Positions 1 to 11,341 of a stretch of DNA of 64,000 bases are shown here, piece by piece. Source of the stretch: Dendrobates tinctorius (Eukaryota); assembly GCF_039654945.1 (NCBI RefSeq), contig NW_027361678.1:12834001-12898000 (forward strand), read 5' to 3'. The notes below the pieces were generated by a model. That model was given only the letters and a program-made list of their open reading frames with translations. It was not told where the DNA came from and searched no databases. Positions within the stretch are counted from its first letter, which is position 1; every line of letters starts with the position of its first letter. A program made the position numbers and the translations under genes.

Positions 1-3000
1 CAGAGATCAGGTGTGGAGTGCAGATAGCAGGGTGCGCAGTGCAGGACAGAGGGGGATCAGAGATCAGGTGTGGAGGGCAGATAGCACGGTGCGCAGTGCA
101 GGACAAAGGGGATCAAAGATCAGGTGTGGAGTGCAGATAGCAGGGTGCGCAATGCAGGACAGAGGGGCTCAGAGATCAGGTTATGAGTGCAGATAACAGG
201 GTGTGCAGTGCAGGACAGAGGGGCTCAGAGATCAGGTGAGGAGTGCAGATAGCAGGGTGCGCAGTGCAGGACAGAGGGGCTCAGAGATCAGGTGTGGAGT
301 GCAGATAGCAGGGTGCGCAGTGCAGGACAGAGGGGCTCAGAGATCAGGTGTGGAGTGCAGATAGCAGGGTGCGGAGTGCAGGACAGAGGGGGATCAGAGA
401 TCAGGTGTGGAGGGCAGATAGCAGGGTGCGCAGTGCAGGACAGAGGGGATCAGGTGTGGAGTGCAGATAGCAGGGTGCGCTGTGCAGGACAGAGGGGCTG
501 AGAGATCAGGTGTGGAGTGCAGATAGCAGGGTGCGCAGTGCAGGACAGGGGCTCAGAGATCAGGTGTGGAGTGCAGATAGCAGGGTGCGCAGTGCAGGAC
601 AGAGGGGCTCAGATCAGGTGTGGAGTGCAGATAGCAGGGTGCGCAGTGCAGGACAGAGGGGCTCAGAGATCAGGTGTGGAGCTCAGATAGAGTGCACAGT
701 GCAGGACAGGGGCTCAGAGATCAGGTGTGGAGTGCAGATAGCAGGGTGCGCAGTGCAGGACAGAGGGGGCTCAGAGATCAGGTGTGGAGTACAGATAGCA
801 GGGTGCGCAGTGCAGGACAGAGGGGATCAGAGATCAGGTGTGGAGGGCAGAGAGCAGTGTGCGCAGTGCAGGACAGAGGGGCTCAGAGATCAGGTGTGGA
901 GTGCAGATAGCATGGTGCGCAGTGCAGGACAGAGGGGATCAGGTGTGGAGTGCAGATAGCAGGGTGCGCAGTGCAGGACAGAGGGGCTGAGAGATCAGGT
1001 GTGGAGTGCAGATAGCAGGGTGCGCAGTGCAGGACAGAGGGGCTGAGAGATCAGGTGTGTAGTGCAGATAGCATTGTGCACAGTGCAGGACAGAGGGGCT
1101 CAGAGATCAGGTGTGGAGTGCAGATAGCAGGGTGCGCAGTGCAGGACAGAGGGGGATCAGAGATCAGGTGTGGAGGGCAGATAGCAGGGTGCGCAGTGCA
1201 GGACAGAGGGGATCAGGTGTGGAGTGCAGATAGCAGGGTGCACTGTGCAGGACAGAGGAGCTGAGAGATCAGGTGTGGAGTGCAGATAGCAGGGTGCGCA
1301 GTGCAGGACAGAGGGGCTCAGAGATCAGGTGTGGAGTGCAGATAGCAGGGTGCGCAGTGCAGGACAGAGGGGGCTGAGATCAGGTGTGGAGTGCAGATAG
1401 CAGGGTGCGCAGTGCAGGACAGAGGGGGATCAGAGATCAGGTGTAGAGTGCAGATAGCAGGGTGCGCAGTGCAGGACAGAGGGGGATCAGAGATCAGGTG
1501 TAGAGTGCAGATAGCAGGGTGCGCAGTGCAGGACAGAGGTGGATCAGAGATCAGGTGTGGAGTGCAGATAGCAGGGTGCGCAGTGCAGGACAGAGGGGCT
1601 GAGAGATCAGGTGTGGAGTGCAGATAGCAGGGTGCGCAGTGCAGGACAGAGGGGACTCAGAGATCAGGTGTGGAGTGCAGGACAGAGGGGCTCAGAGATC
1701 AGGTGATGAGTGCAGATAGCAGGGTGCGCAGTGCAGGACAGAGGGGCTCAGAGATCAGGTGAGGAGTGCAGATAGCAGGGTGCGCAGTGCAGGACAGAGG
1801 GGATCAGAGATCAGGTGTGGAGTGCAGATAGCAGGGTGCGCAGTGCAGGACAGAGGGAGCTCAGAGATCAGGTGTGGAGTGCAGATAGCAGGGTGCGTAG
1901 TGCAGGACAGAGGGGGCTCAGAGATCAGGTGTGGAGTGCAGATAGCAGGGTGCGCAGTGCAGGACAGAGAGGGACCAGAGATCAGGTGTGGAGTGCAGAT
2001 AGCAGGGTGCGCAGTGCAGGACAGAGGGGATCAGGTGTGGAGTGCAGATAGCAGGGTGCGCAGTGCAGGACAGAGGGGCTGAGAGATCAGGTGTGGAGTG
2101 CAGATAGCAGGGTGCGCAGTGCAGGACAAAGGGGGATCAGAGATCAGGTGTGGAGGGCAGATAGCAGGGTGCGCAGTGCAGGACAGAGGGGATCAGGTGT
2201 GGAGTGCAGATAGCAGGGTGCGCAGTGCAGGAGAGAGGGTCTCAGAGATCAGGTGTGGAGTGCAGATAGCAGGGTGCACAGTGTAGGACAGAGGGGATCA
2301 GAGATCAGGTGTGGAGTGCAGATAGCAGGGTGCTTAGTGCAGGACAGAGGGGCTCAGAGATCAAGTGTGGAGTGCAGATAGCAGGGTGCGCAGTGCAGGA
2401 CAGATGGGCTCAGAGATCAGGTGTGGAGTGCAGATAGCAGGGTGCACAGTGCAGGACAGAGGGGCTCAGAGATCAGGTGTGGAGTGCAGATAGTAGGGTG
2501 CGCAGTGCAGGACAGAGGGGCTCAGAGATCAGGTGTGGAGTGCAGATAGCAGGGTGCGCAGTGCAGGACAGAGGGGCTCAGATATCAGGTGTGGAGTGCA
2601 GATGGCAGGGTGCACAGTGCAGGACAGAGGGGCTCAGAGTTCAGGTGTGGAGTGCAGATAGCAGGGTGCGCAGTGCAGGACAGAGGGGCTCAGAAGTTAG
2701 TTGTGGAGTGCAGATAGCAGGGTGCGCAGTGCAGGACAGAGGGGATCAAAGATCAGGTGTGGAGTGCAGATAGCAGGGTGCGCAGTGCAGGACAGAGGGG
2801 CTCAGAGATCAGGTGAGGAGTGCAGATAGCAGGGTGCGCAGTTCAGGACAGAGGGGCTCAGAGATCAGGTGTGGAGTGCAGATAGCAGGGTGCGCAGTGC
2901 AGGACAGAGGGGCTCAGAGATCAGGTGTGGAGTGCAGATAGCAGGGTGTGCAGTGCAGGACAGAGGGGGATCAGAGATCAGGTGTGGAGGGCAGATAGCA

Positions 3001-6000
3001 GGGTGCGCAGTGCAGGACAGAGGGGATCAGGTGTGGAGTGCAGATAGCAGGGTGCGCTGTGCAGGACAGAGGGGCTGAGAGATCAGGTGTGGAGTGCAGA
3101 TAGCAGGTTGCGCAGTGCAGGACAGGGGCTCAGAGATCAGGTGTGGAGTGCAGAAAGCAGGGTGCGCAGTGCAGGACAGAGGGGATCAGAGATCAGGTGT
3201 GGAGTGCAGATAGCAGGGTGCGCAGTGCAGGACAGAGGGGCTCAGAGATCAGGTGTGGAGCGCAGATAGAGTGCACAGTGCAGGACAAAGGGGATCAGAG
3301 ATCAGGTGTGGAGTGCAGAGAGCAGTGTGCGCAGTGCAGGACAGAGGGGCTCAGAGATCAGGTGTGGAGTGCAGATAGCATGGTGCGCAGTGCAGGACAG
3401 AGGGGATCAGGTGTGGAGTGCAGATAGCAGGATGCACAGTGCAGGACAGAGGGGCTCAGAGCTCAGGTGTGGAGTGCAGATAGCAGTGTGCGCAGTGCAG
3501 GACAGAGGTGGCTCAGAGATCAGGTGTGGAGTGCAGATAGCAGGGTGCGCAGTGCAGGACAGAGGGGGCTCAGAGTTCAGGTGTGGAGTGTAGATAGCAG
3601 GGTGCGCAGTGCAGGACAGAGGGGCTCAGAGATCAGGAGTGGAGTGCAGATAGCAGGGTGCGCAGTGCAGGACAGAGGGGCTCAGAGATCAGGTGAGGAG
3701 TGCAGATAGCAGGGTGCGCAGTGCAGGACAGAGGGGCCCAGAGATCAGGTGTGGAGTGCAGATAGCAGGGTGCACAGTGCAGGACAGAGGGGCCCAGAGA
3801 TCAGGTGTGGAGTGTAGATAGCAGGGTGCGCAGTGCAGGACAGAGGGGTTCAGAGATCAGGTGAGGAGTGCAGATAGCAGGGTGCGCAGTGCAGGACAGA
3901 GGGGCCCAGAGATCAGGTGTGGAGTGCAGATAGCAGGGTGCGCAGTGCAGGACAGAGGGGCCCAGAGATCAGGTGTGGAGTGCAGATAGCAGGGTGCGTA
4001 GTGCAGGACAGAGGGGCTCAGAGATCAGGTGTGGAGTGCAGATAGCAGGGTGTGCAGTGCAGGACAGAGGGTCCCAGAGATCAGGTGTGGAGTGCAGATA
4101 GCAGGGTGCGCAGTGCTGGATAGAGGGGCTCAGAAGTTAGGTGTGGAGTGCAGATAGCAGGGTGTGCAGTGCAGGACAGAGGGGGCTCAGAGATCAGGTG
4201 TGGAGCGCAGATAGCAGGGTGCACAGTGCAGCACAGAGGGGATCAGAGATCAGGTGAGGAGTGCAGATAGTAGGGTGCGCAGTGCAGGACAGAGGGGCTC
4301 AGAGATCAGGTGTGGAGTGCAGATAGCAGGATGCTCAGTGCAGGACAGAGGGGACTCAGAGATCAGGTGTGGAGTGCAGATAGCAGGGTGCGCAGTGCAG
4401 GACAGAGAGGGCTCAGAGATCAGGTGTGGAGTGCAGATAGCAGGGTGCACAGTGCAGGACAGAGGGGGCTCAGAGATCAGGTGTGGAGTGCAGATAGCAG
4501 GGTGCGCAGTGCAGGACAGAGAGGGCTCAGAGATCAGGTGTGGAGTGCAGATAGCAGGGTGCGCAGTGCAGGACAGAGAGGGCTCAGAGATCAGGTGTGG
4601 AGTGCAGATAGCAGGGTGCGCAGTGCAGGACAGAGGGGCTCAGAGATCAGGTGTGGAGTGCAGATAGCAGGATGCTCAGTGCAGGACAGAGGGGACTCAG
4701 ATCAGGTGTGGAGTGCAGATAGCAGGGTGCGCAGTGCAGGACAAAGAGGGCTCAGAGATCAGGTGTGGAGTGCAGATAGCAGGGTGCGCAGTGCAGGACA
4801 GAGAGGGCTCAGAGATCAGGTGTGGAGTGCAGATAGCAGGGTGCGCAGTGCAGGACAGAGGGGCTCAGATCAGGTGTGGAGTGCAGATAGCAGGGTGCGC
4901 AGTGCAGGACAGAGGGGCTCAGAGATCAGGTGTGGAGTGCAGATAGCAGGATGCTCAGTGCAGGACAGAGGGGACTCAGAGATCAGGTGTGGAGTGCAGA
5001 TAGCAGGGTGCGCAGTGCAGGACAGAGAGGGATCAGAGATCAGGTGTGGAGTGCAGATAGCAGGGTGCGCAGTGCAGGACAGAGGGGCCCAGAGATCAGG
5101 TGTGGAGTGCAGATAGCAGGGTGCACAGTGCAGGACAGAGGGGGCTCAGATCAGGTGTGGAGTACAGATAGTAGGGTGCACAGTGCAGCACAGAGTGGGC
5201 TCAGAGATCAGGTGTGGAGTGCAGATAGCAGGGTGCACAGTGCAGGACAGAGGGGGCTCAGAGATCAGGTGTGGAGTACAGATAGTAGGGTGCACAGTGC
5301 AGCACAGAGGGGGATCAGAGATCAGGTGTGGAGTGCAGATAGCAGGGTGCACAGTGCAGGACAGAGGGGCTCAGAGATCAGGTGAGGAGTGCAGATAGCA
5401 GGGTGCGCAGTGCAGGACAGAGGGGGCTCAGAGATCAGGTGTGGAGTGCAGATAGCAGGGTGCGCAGTGCAGGACAGAGGGGGCTCAGAGATCAGGTGTG
5501 GAGTGCAGATAGCAGGGTGCGCAGTGCAGGACAGAGGGGGCTCAGAGATCGGGTGTGGAGTGCAGATAGCAGGGTGCGCAGTGCAGGACAGAGGGGGCTC
5601 AGAGATCAGGTGTGGAGTGCAGATAGCAGGTTGCGCAGTGCAGGACAGAGGGGGCTCAGAGATCAGGTGTGGAGTGCAGATAGCAGGGTGCGCAGTGCAG
5701 GACAGAGGGGGCTCAGAGATCAGGTGTGGAGTGCAGATAGCAGGGTGCGCAGTGCAGGACAGAGGGGGCTCAGAGATCAGGTGTGGAGTGCAGATAGCAG
5801 GGTGCTCAGTGCAGGACAGAGGGGGCTCAGAGATCAGGTGTGGAGTGCAGATAGCAGGGTGCGCAGTGCAGGACAGAGGGGGCTCAGAGATCAGGTGTGG
5901 AGTGCAGATAGCAGGGTGCGCAGTGCAGGACAGAGGGGGCTCAGAGATCAGGTGTGGAGTGCAGATAGCAGGGTGCACAGTGCAGGACAGAGGGGGCTCA

Positions 6001-8583
6001 GCGATCAGGTGTGGAGTGCAGATAGCAGGGTGCGCAGTGCAGGACAGAGGGGCTCAGAGATCAGGTGTGGAGTGCAGATAGCAGGGTGCGCAGTGCAGGA
6101 CAGAGAGGGCTCAGAGATCAGGTGTGGAGTGCAGATAGCAGGGTGCGCAGTGCAGGACAGAGGGGCTCAGAGATCAGGTGTGGAGTGCAGATAGCAGGGT
6201 GCGCAGTGCAGGACCGAGGGGCTCAGAGATCAGGTGTGGAGTGCAGATAGCAAGGTGCGCAGTGCAGGACCGAGGGGCTCAGAGATCAGGTGTGGAGTGC
6301 AGATAGCAGGGTGCGCAGTGCAGGACAGAGGGGGCTCAGAGATCAGGTGTGGAGTGCAGATAGCAGGGTGCGCAGTGCAGGACAGAGGGGGCTCAGAGAT
6401 CAGGTGTGGAGTGCAGATAGCAGGGTGCACAGTGCAGGACAGAGGGGGCTCAGAGATCAGGTGTGGAGTGCAGATAGCAGGGTGCTCAGTGCAGGACAGA
6501 GGGGGCTCAGAGATCAGGTGTGGAGTGCAGATAGCAGGGTGTGCAGTGCAGGACAGAGGGGGCTCAGAGATCAGGTGTGGAGTGCAGATAGCAGGGTGCG
6601 CAGTGCAGGACAGAGGGGGCTCAGAGATCAGGTGTGGAGTGCAGATAGGATGCACAGTGCAGGACAGAGGGGGCTCAGAGATCAGGTGTGGAGTGCAGAT
6701 AGCAGGGTGCGCAGTGCAGGACAGAGGGGCTCAGAGATCAGGTGTGGAGTGCAGATAGCAGGGTGCGCAGTGCAGGACAGAGAGGGCTCAGAGATCAGGT
6801 GTGGAGTACAGATAGCAGGGTGCGCAGTGCAGGACAGAGGGGGCTCAGAGATCAGGTGTGGAGTGCAGATAGCAGGGTGCGCAGTGCAGGACAGAGGGGC
6901 TCAGAGATCAGGTGTGGAGTGCAGATAGCAGGGTGCACAGTGCAGGACAGAGGGGGCTCAGATCAGGTGTGGAGTACAGATAGTAGGGTGCACAGTGCAG
7001 CACAGAGTGGGCTCAGAGATCAGGTGTGGAGTGCAAATAGCAGGGTGCACAGTGCAGGACAGAGGGGGCTCAGAGATCAGGTGTGGAGTGCAGATAGCAG
7101 GGTGCGCAGTGCAGGACAGAGGGGCTCAGAGATCAGGTGTGGAGTGCAGATAGCAGGGTGCACAGTGCAGGACAGAGGGGGCTCAGATCAGGTGTGGAGT
7201 ACAGATAGTAGGGTGCACAGTGCAGCACAGAGTGGGCTCAGAGATCAGGTGTGGAGTGCAGATAGCAGGGTGCGCAGTGCAGGACAGAGGGGGCTCAGAG
7301 ATCAGGTGTGGAGTGCAGATAGCAGGGTGCGCAGTGCAGGACAGAGGGGGCTCAGAGATCAGGTGTGGAGTGCAGATAGCAGGGTGCGCAGTGCAGCACA
7401 GAGTGGGCTCAGAGATCAGGTGTGGAGTGCAGATAGCAGGGTGCGCAGTGCAGGACAGAGGGGGCTCAGAGATCAGGTGTGGAGTGCAGATAGCAGGGTG
7501 CGCAGTGCAGGACAGAGGGGCTCAGAGATCAGGTGTGGAGTGCAGATAGCAGGGTGCGCAGTGCAGGACAGAGGGGCTCAGAGATCAGGTGTGGAGTGCA
7601 GATAGCAGGGTGCGCAGTGCAGGACAGAGGGGGCTCAGAGATCAGGTGTGGAGTGCAGATAGCAGGGTGCGCAGTGCAGGACAGAGGGGGCTCAGAGATC
7701 AGGTGTGGAGTGCAGATAGCAGGGTGCGCAGTGCAGCACAGAGTGGGCTCAGAGATCAGGTGTGGAGTGCAGATAGCAGGGTGCGCAGTGCAGGACAGAG
7801 GGGGCTCAGAGATCAGGTGTGGAGTGCAGATAGCAGGGTGCGCAGTGCAGGACCGAGGGGCTCAGAGATCAGGTGTGGAGTGCAGATAGTAGGGTGCACA
7901 GTGCAGCACAGAGTGGGCTCAGAGATCAGGTGTGGAGTGCAGATAGCAGGGTGCGCAGTGCAGGACCGAGGGGCTCAGAGATCAGGTGTGGAGTGCAGAT
8001 AGCAGGGTGCGCAGTGCAGGACCGAGGGGCTCAGAGATCAGGTGTGGAGTACAGATAGCAGGGTGCGCAGTGCAGGACAGAGGGGCTCAGAGATCAGGTG
8101 TGGAGAGCAGATAGCATGGTGCGCAGTGCAGGACAGAGGGGCTCAGAGATCAGGTGTGGAGTGCAGATAGCAGGGTGCGCAGTGCAGGACAGAGAGGGCT
8201 CAGAGATCAGGTGTGGAGTGCAGATAGCAGGGTGCGCAGTGCAGGACCGAGGGGCTCAGAGATCAGGTGTGGAGTGCAGATAGCAGGGTGCGCAGTGCAG
8301 GACAGAGGGGCTCAGAGATCAGGTGTGGAGTGCAGATAGCAGGGTGCGCAGTGCAGGACAGAGAGGGCTCAGAGATCAGGTGTGGAGTGCAGATAGCAGG
8401 GTGCGCAGTGCAGGACAGAGGGGCTCAGAGATCAGGTGTGGAGTGCAGATAGCAGGGTGCTCAGTGCAGGACAGAGGGGCTCAGAGATCAGGTGTGGAGT
8501 GCAGATAGCAGGGTGCGCAGTGCAGGACAGAGGGGCTCAGAGATCAGGTGTGGAGTGCAGATAGTAGGTTGCACAGTGCAGGA
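1..8583. repeat. Tandem satellite, 56/57-bp unit (CAGAGATCAGGTGTGGAGTGCAGATAGCAGGGTGCGCAGTGCAGGACAGAGGGG[G]CT), ~150 copies, runs off the window start
   Basis: Unit visible directly throughout 1-8583; decays into unique sequence at ~8580; all ORFs here are translations of the repeat. Confidence 0.98.
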
Positions 8584-8781
8584 AGAGTGCTGCTGAACAA
8601 AGGTGAAGCTCTCCACCCTCTGGCAGTCAGGTAAAGCACCGCTAGCTGCTGGCTGAGAAGTTGTGAGACGATGAAGGAGGAGTCAGCCTGCTCCTCTCCT
8701 TTAATAACAGTCCCGCCTGCAGTTTTGGAGCGGCTCTCTCCCTATTCAGAGCATCCCCAGCACTAATGCCCTCTCCTCCCC

Positions 8782-8789
8782 TGACGTCA
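8782..8789 (+). promoter_or_regulatory. Canonical cAMP response element TGACGTCA of the dio2 promoter
   Basis: Perfect palindrome ~70 bp upstream of the TATA box; same arrangement as the known functional CRE of mammalian DIO2. Confidence 0.85.
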
Positions 8790-8830
8790 AAGAGCAGATC
8801 ACAGGAAGATTAGGGTTTTTCATTTCTCTT

Positions 8831-8841
8831 ATTGCAGCAAT
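8831..8841 (+). promoter_or_regulatory. C/EBP-like element ATTGCAGCAAT
   Basis: Quasi-palindrome between the CRE and TATA box; factor identity is inference. Confidence 0.45.
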
Positions 8842-8854
8842 TAGCCCGGGACTG

Positions 8855-8861
8855 TATAAAA
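8855..8861 (+). promoter_or_regulatory. TATA box TATAAAA (TSS inferred near 8885)
   Basis: TGTATAAAAGG downstream of the CRE and ~490 bp upstream of the dio2 ATG. Confidence 0.8.
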
Positions 8862-9037
8862 GGACGAGAGAAAGGGGAGGGAGGCAGAGGGAAACGTGGG
8901 GACAAAAAGAGACAGCTGAGAGGCAGAGACAGCCAGAGGAGGGTGGGAGGAAGGAAGAAAGGGGAGTTTAGCCTCTTCCAGCTGAAAAAAAAATCCACCT
9001 GGTCCAACAAAGTTCCGAAACTTTTTTCCTATAAGCA

Positions 9038-9055
9038 ATGAGAGGAAGCAGCTGA
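9038..9055 (+). other. Upstream ORF MRGSS* in the inferred dio2 5' UTR
   Basis: ATG AGA GGA AGC AGC TGA, G at -3; first ATG after the TATA box. Confidence 0.6.
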
Positions 9056-9061
9056 AGCCAC

Positions 9062-9269
9062 GCTGCAGACGCTCCTCTGTGAGGACAGCAGTGCTGCAGA
9101 CGATCCTATGTGAGGACAGACAGCAGTGCTGCAGACGATCCTATGTGAGGACAGACAGCAGTGCTGCAGACGATCCTATGTGAGGACAGACAGCAGTGCT
9201 GCAGACGATCCTATGTGAGGACAGACAGCAGTGCTGCAGACGATCCTATGTGAGGACAGACAGCAGTGC
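9062..9269 (+). repeat. 35-bp minisatellite in the inferred dio2 5' UTR; 5 identical units plus a degenerate first unit; each full unit contains ATGTGA
   Basis: Unit CAGCAGTGCTGCAGACGATCCTATGTGAGGACAGA; ATG at 9108, 9143, 9178, 9213, 9248. Confidence 0.95.
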
Positions 9270-9343
9270 CGCGGACACCTGCTCAGTGCATCCTTCTCAT
9301 TCCCGGCAGTAAGCGCCGCTCAGTGTGGAGGAAGGCGGCCGTG

Positions 9344-9565
9344 ATGGGGCTGCTCAGTGTGGACCTGCTCATCACTCTGCAGATCCTGCCCGGCTTCGTC
9401 TCGAACTGTCTCTTCCTGGCTCTCTATGACTCTGTGGTGCTGGTGAAGCACGTGCTCCTGCAGCTGAACCGCTCCCGCTCCCGGCAGAGCCCATGGCGGC
9501 GGATGCTCACCCCGGAGGGGCTGCGCTGTGTCTGGAACAGCTTCCTATTGGACGCTTACAAGCAG
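9344..9565 (+). CDS. dio2: Type II iodothyronine deiodinase, coding exon 1 (74 codons, N-terminal membrane anchor)
   Basis: MGLLSVDLLITLQILPGFVSNCLFLALYDSVVLVKH...WRRMLTPEGLRCVWNSFLLDAYKQ is the D2 N-terminus; strong Kozak context GTGATGG; donor CAG|GTATGA, phase 0. Confidence 0.97.
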
Positions 9566-9845
9566 GTATGAGTGGCGCCGCTTCTGCGCGGCGGCTGCAC
9601 GTGTGCTTAGCGCTGACGATAGTGTCCCCTCTGCTGCACAGGTCTGTGACGTGCTGTGTGCACAGGATTAATACGCATGCTGATTGTATTGCTTTACATG
9701 AAGTGCCGGCTCCTCTGGGGACAGTGAAAAGTGACATTGCTAGGATGTGAACATTAGACCCTCTCTGGAGACAACGTTTCCACAGCCACCAGAACCTTTC
9801 CCCAGAGGGAATCTGCAGGGATTGTGCTTTCCAGAAAGTGCAGAT

Positions 9846-10787
9846 CATCCGCGCTGTCGTCGGAGGGGTCATCCGCGCTGTCGTCGGAGGGCGCATCCGC
9901 GCTGTCGTCGGTGGGGGCATCCGCGCTGTCGTCGGAGGGGTCATCCGCGCTGTCGTCGGAGGGGTCATCCGCGCTGTCGTCGGAGGGGTCATCCGCGCTG
10001 TCGTCGGAGGGGTCATCCGCGCTGTCGTCGGTGGGCGCATCCGCGCTGTCGTCGGAGGGGTCATCCGCGCTGTCGTCGGTGGGCGCATCCGCGCTGTCGT
10101 CGGTGGGCGCATCCGCGCTGTCGTCGGTGGGCGCATCCGCGCTGTCGTCGGAGGGGTCATCCGCGCTGTCGTCGGTGGGCGCATCCGCGCTGTCGTCGGA
10201 GGGGTCATCCGCGCTGTCGTCGGTGGGCGCATCCGCGCTGTCGTCGGAGGGGTCATCCGCGCTGTCGTCGGTGGGCGCATCCGCGCTGTCGTCGGAGGGG
10301 TCATCCGCGCTGTCGTCGGTGGGCGCATCCGCGCTGTCGTCGGAGGGGTCATCCGCGCTGTCGTCGGTGGGGGCATCCGCGCTGTCGTCGGTGGGGGCAT
10401 CCGCGCTGTCGTCGGTGGGGGCATCCGCGCTGTCGTCGGTGGGGGCATCCGCGCTGTCGTCGGAGGGGTCATCCGCGCTGTCGTCGGAGGGGTCATCCGC
10501 GCTGTCGTCGGAGGGGTCATCCGCGCTGTCGTCGGTGGGCGCATCCGCGCTGTCGTCGGAGGGGTCATCCGCGCTGTCGTCGGTGGGCGCATCCGCGCTG
10601 TCGTCGGAGGGGTCATCCGCGCTGTCGTCGGTGGGGGCATCCGCGCTGTCGTCGGTGGGCGCATCCGCGCTGTCGTCGGTGGGCGCATCCGCGCTGTCGT
10701 CGGTGGGGGCATCCGCGCTGTCGTCGGTGGGGGCATCCGCGCTGTCGTCGGTGGGGGCATCCGCGCTGTCGTCGGTGGGCGCATCCA
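9846..10787. repeat. CpG-rich 21-bp minisatellite (CATCCGCGCTGTCGTCGG plus variable AGGGGT/TGGGCG/TGGGGG ending), ~45 copies
   Basis: Directly visible; a stop-free unit with length divisible by 3 explains the long ORFs in five frames. Confidence 0.97.
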
Positions 10788-11341
10788 AGCTATCGTTAGT
10801 AGGGCGCATCTGCTCTGTCATCGTTGGGTTCGTACTCTGTCGTTGGTGGTCATATCTGTATTGAGAAGAGTCCTGCAGGGTGAAGTGGTGTTGTTGTAAA
10901 CAATCCCTATGTTGTGCCACCTTCAGTTGGCATCAGGGCATCATACCTCAATACTGCCCTCTGCTGGTGCACACATCTGATCAATCATTACTGCAGTTGT
11001 TGCAGGACTTTATTGCCTGGGCAGTTTTACTGAACAGCTCTGGAAACACAAGGTCTTTAATGTATGAATGAACAATTTAATTAGTGGATTCCTGCAGAAA
11101 TTTGCTGCTCAGTTCATTTTTTCGGTTGTTTTCTATGGAAATTCCACTCGAAGAAATAAGTAAATGTTTTCATGAAGAAGAGGCCACAATGCAAAAATGA
11201 CAAGTGCAATATCATATAGAGCAGCCTGGGCACCTTTATCTCCTTCGCTGCACACCGTAGTAGGAATGCTGTTGTATTCGTAGCTAATGATGGGCAGGAT
11301 GACAACGTCATCGGAACCATCTCTAGATGCAGACTCTAATG

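Noticed and set aside
11-8508. Dozens of ORFs with MWSADSRVRSAGQRG repeats
   Set aside because: Translations of the 56/57-bp satellite; their length depends only on unit length modulo 3
1-8583. CRISPR-like array
   Set aside because: Head-to-tail units with no unique spacers; eukaryotic context; no cas genes
9266-9343. ORF-track start of dio2 at GTG 9266
   Set aside because: The conserved D2 N-terminus begins at ATG 9344 in strong Kozak context
9507-10920. Overlapping 346-425 aa ORFs in five frames (mucin-, antifreeze- or protamine-like)
   Set aside because: Product of a stop-free 21-bp tandem repeat inside the dio2 intron
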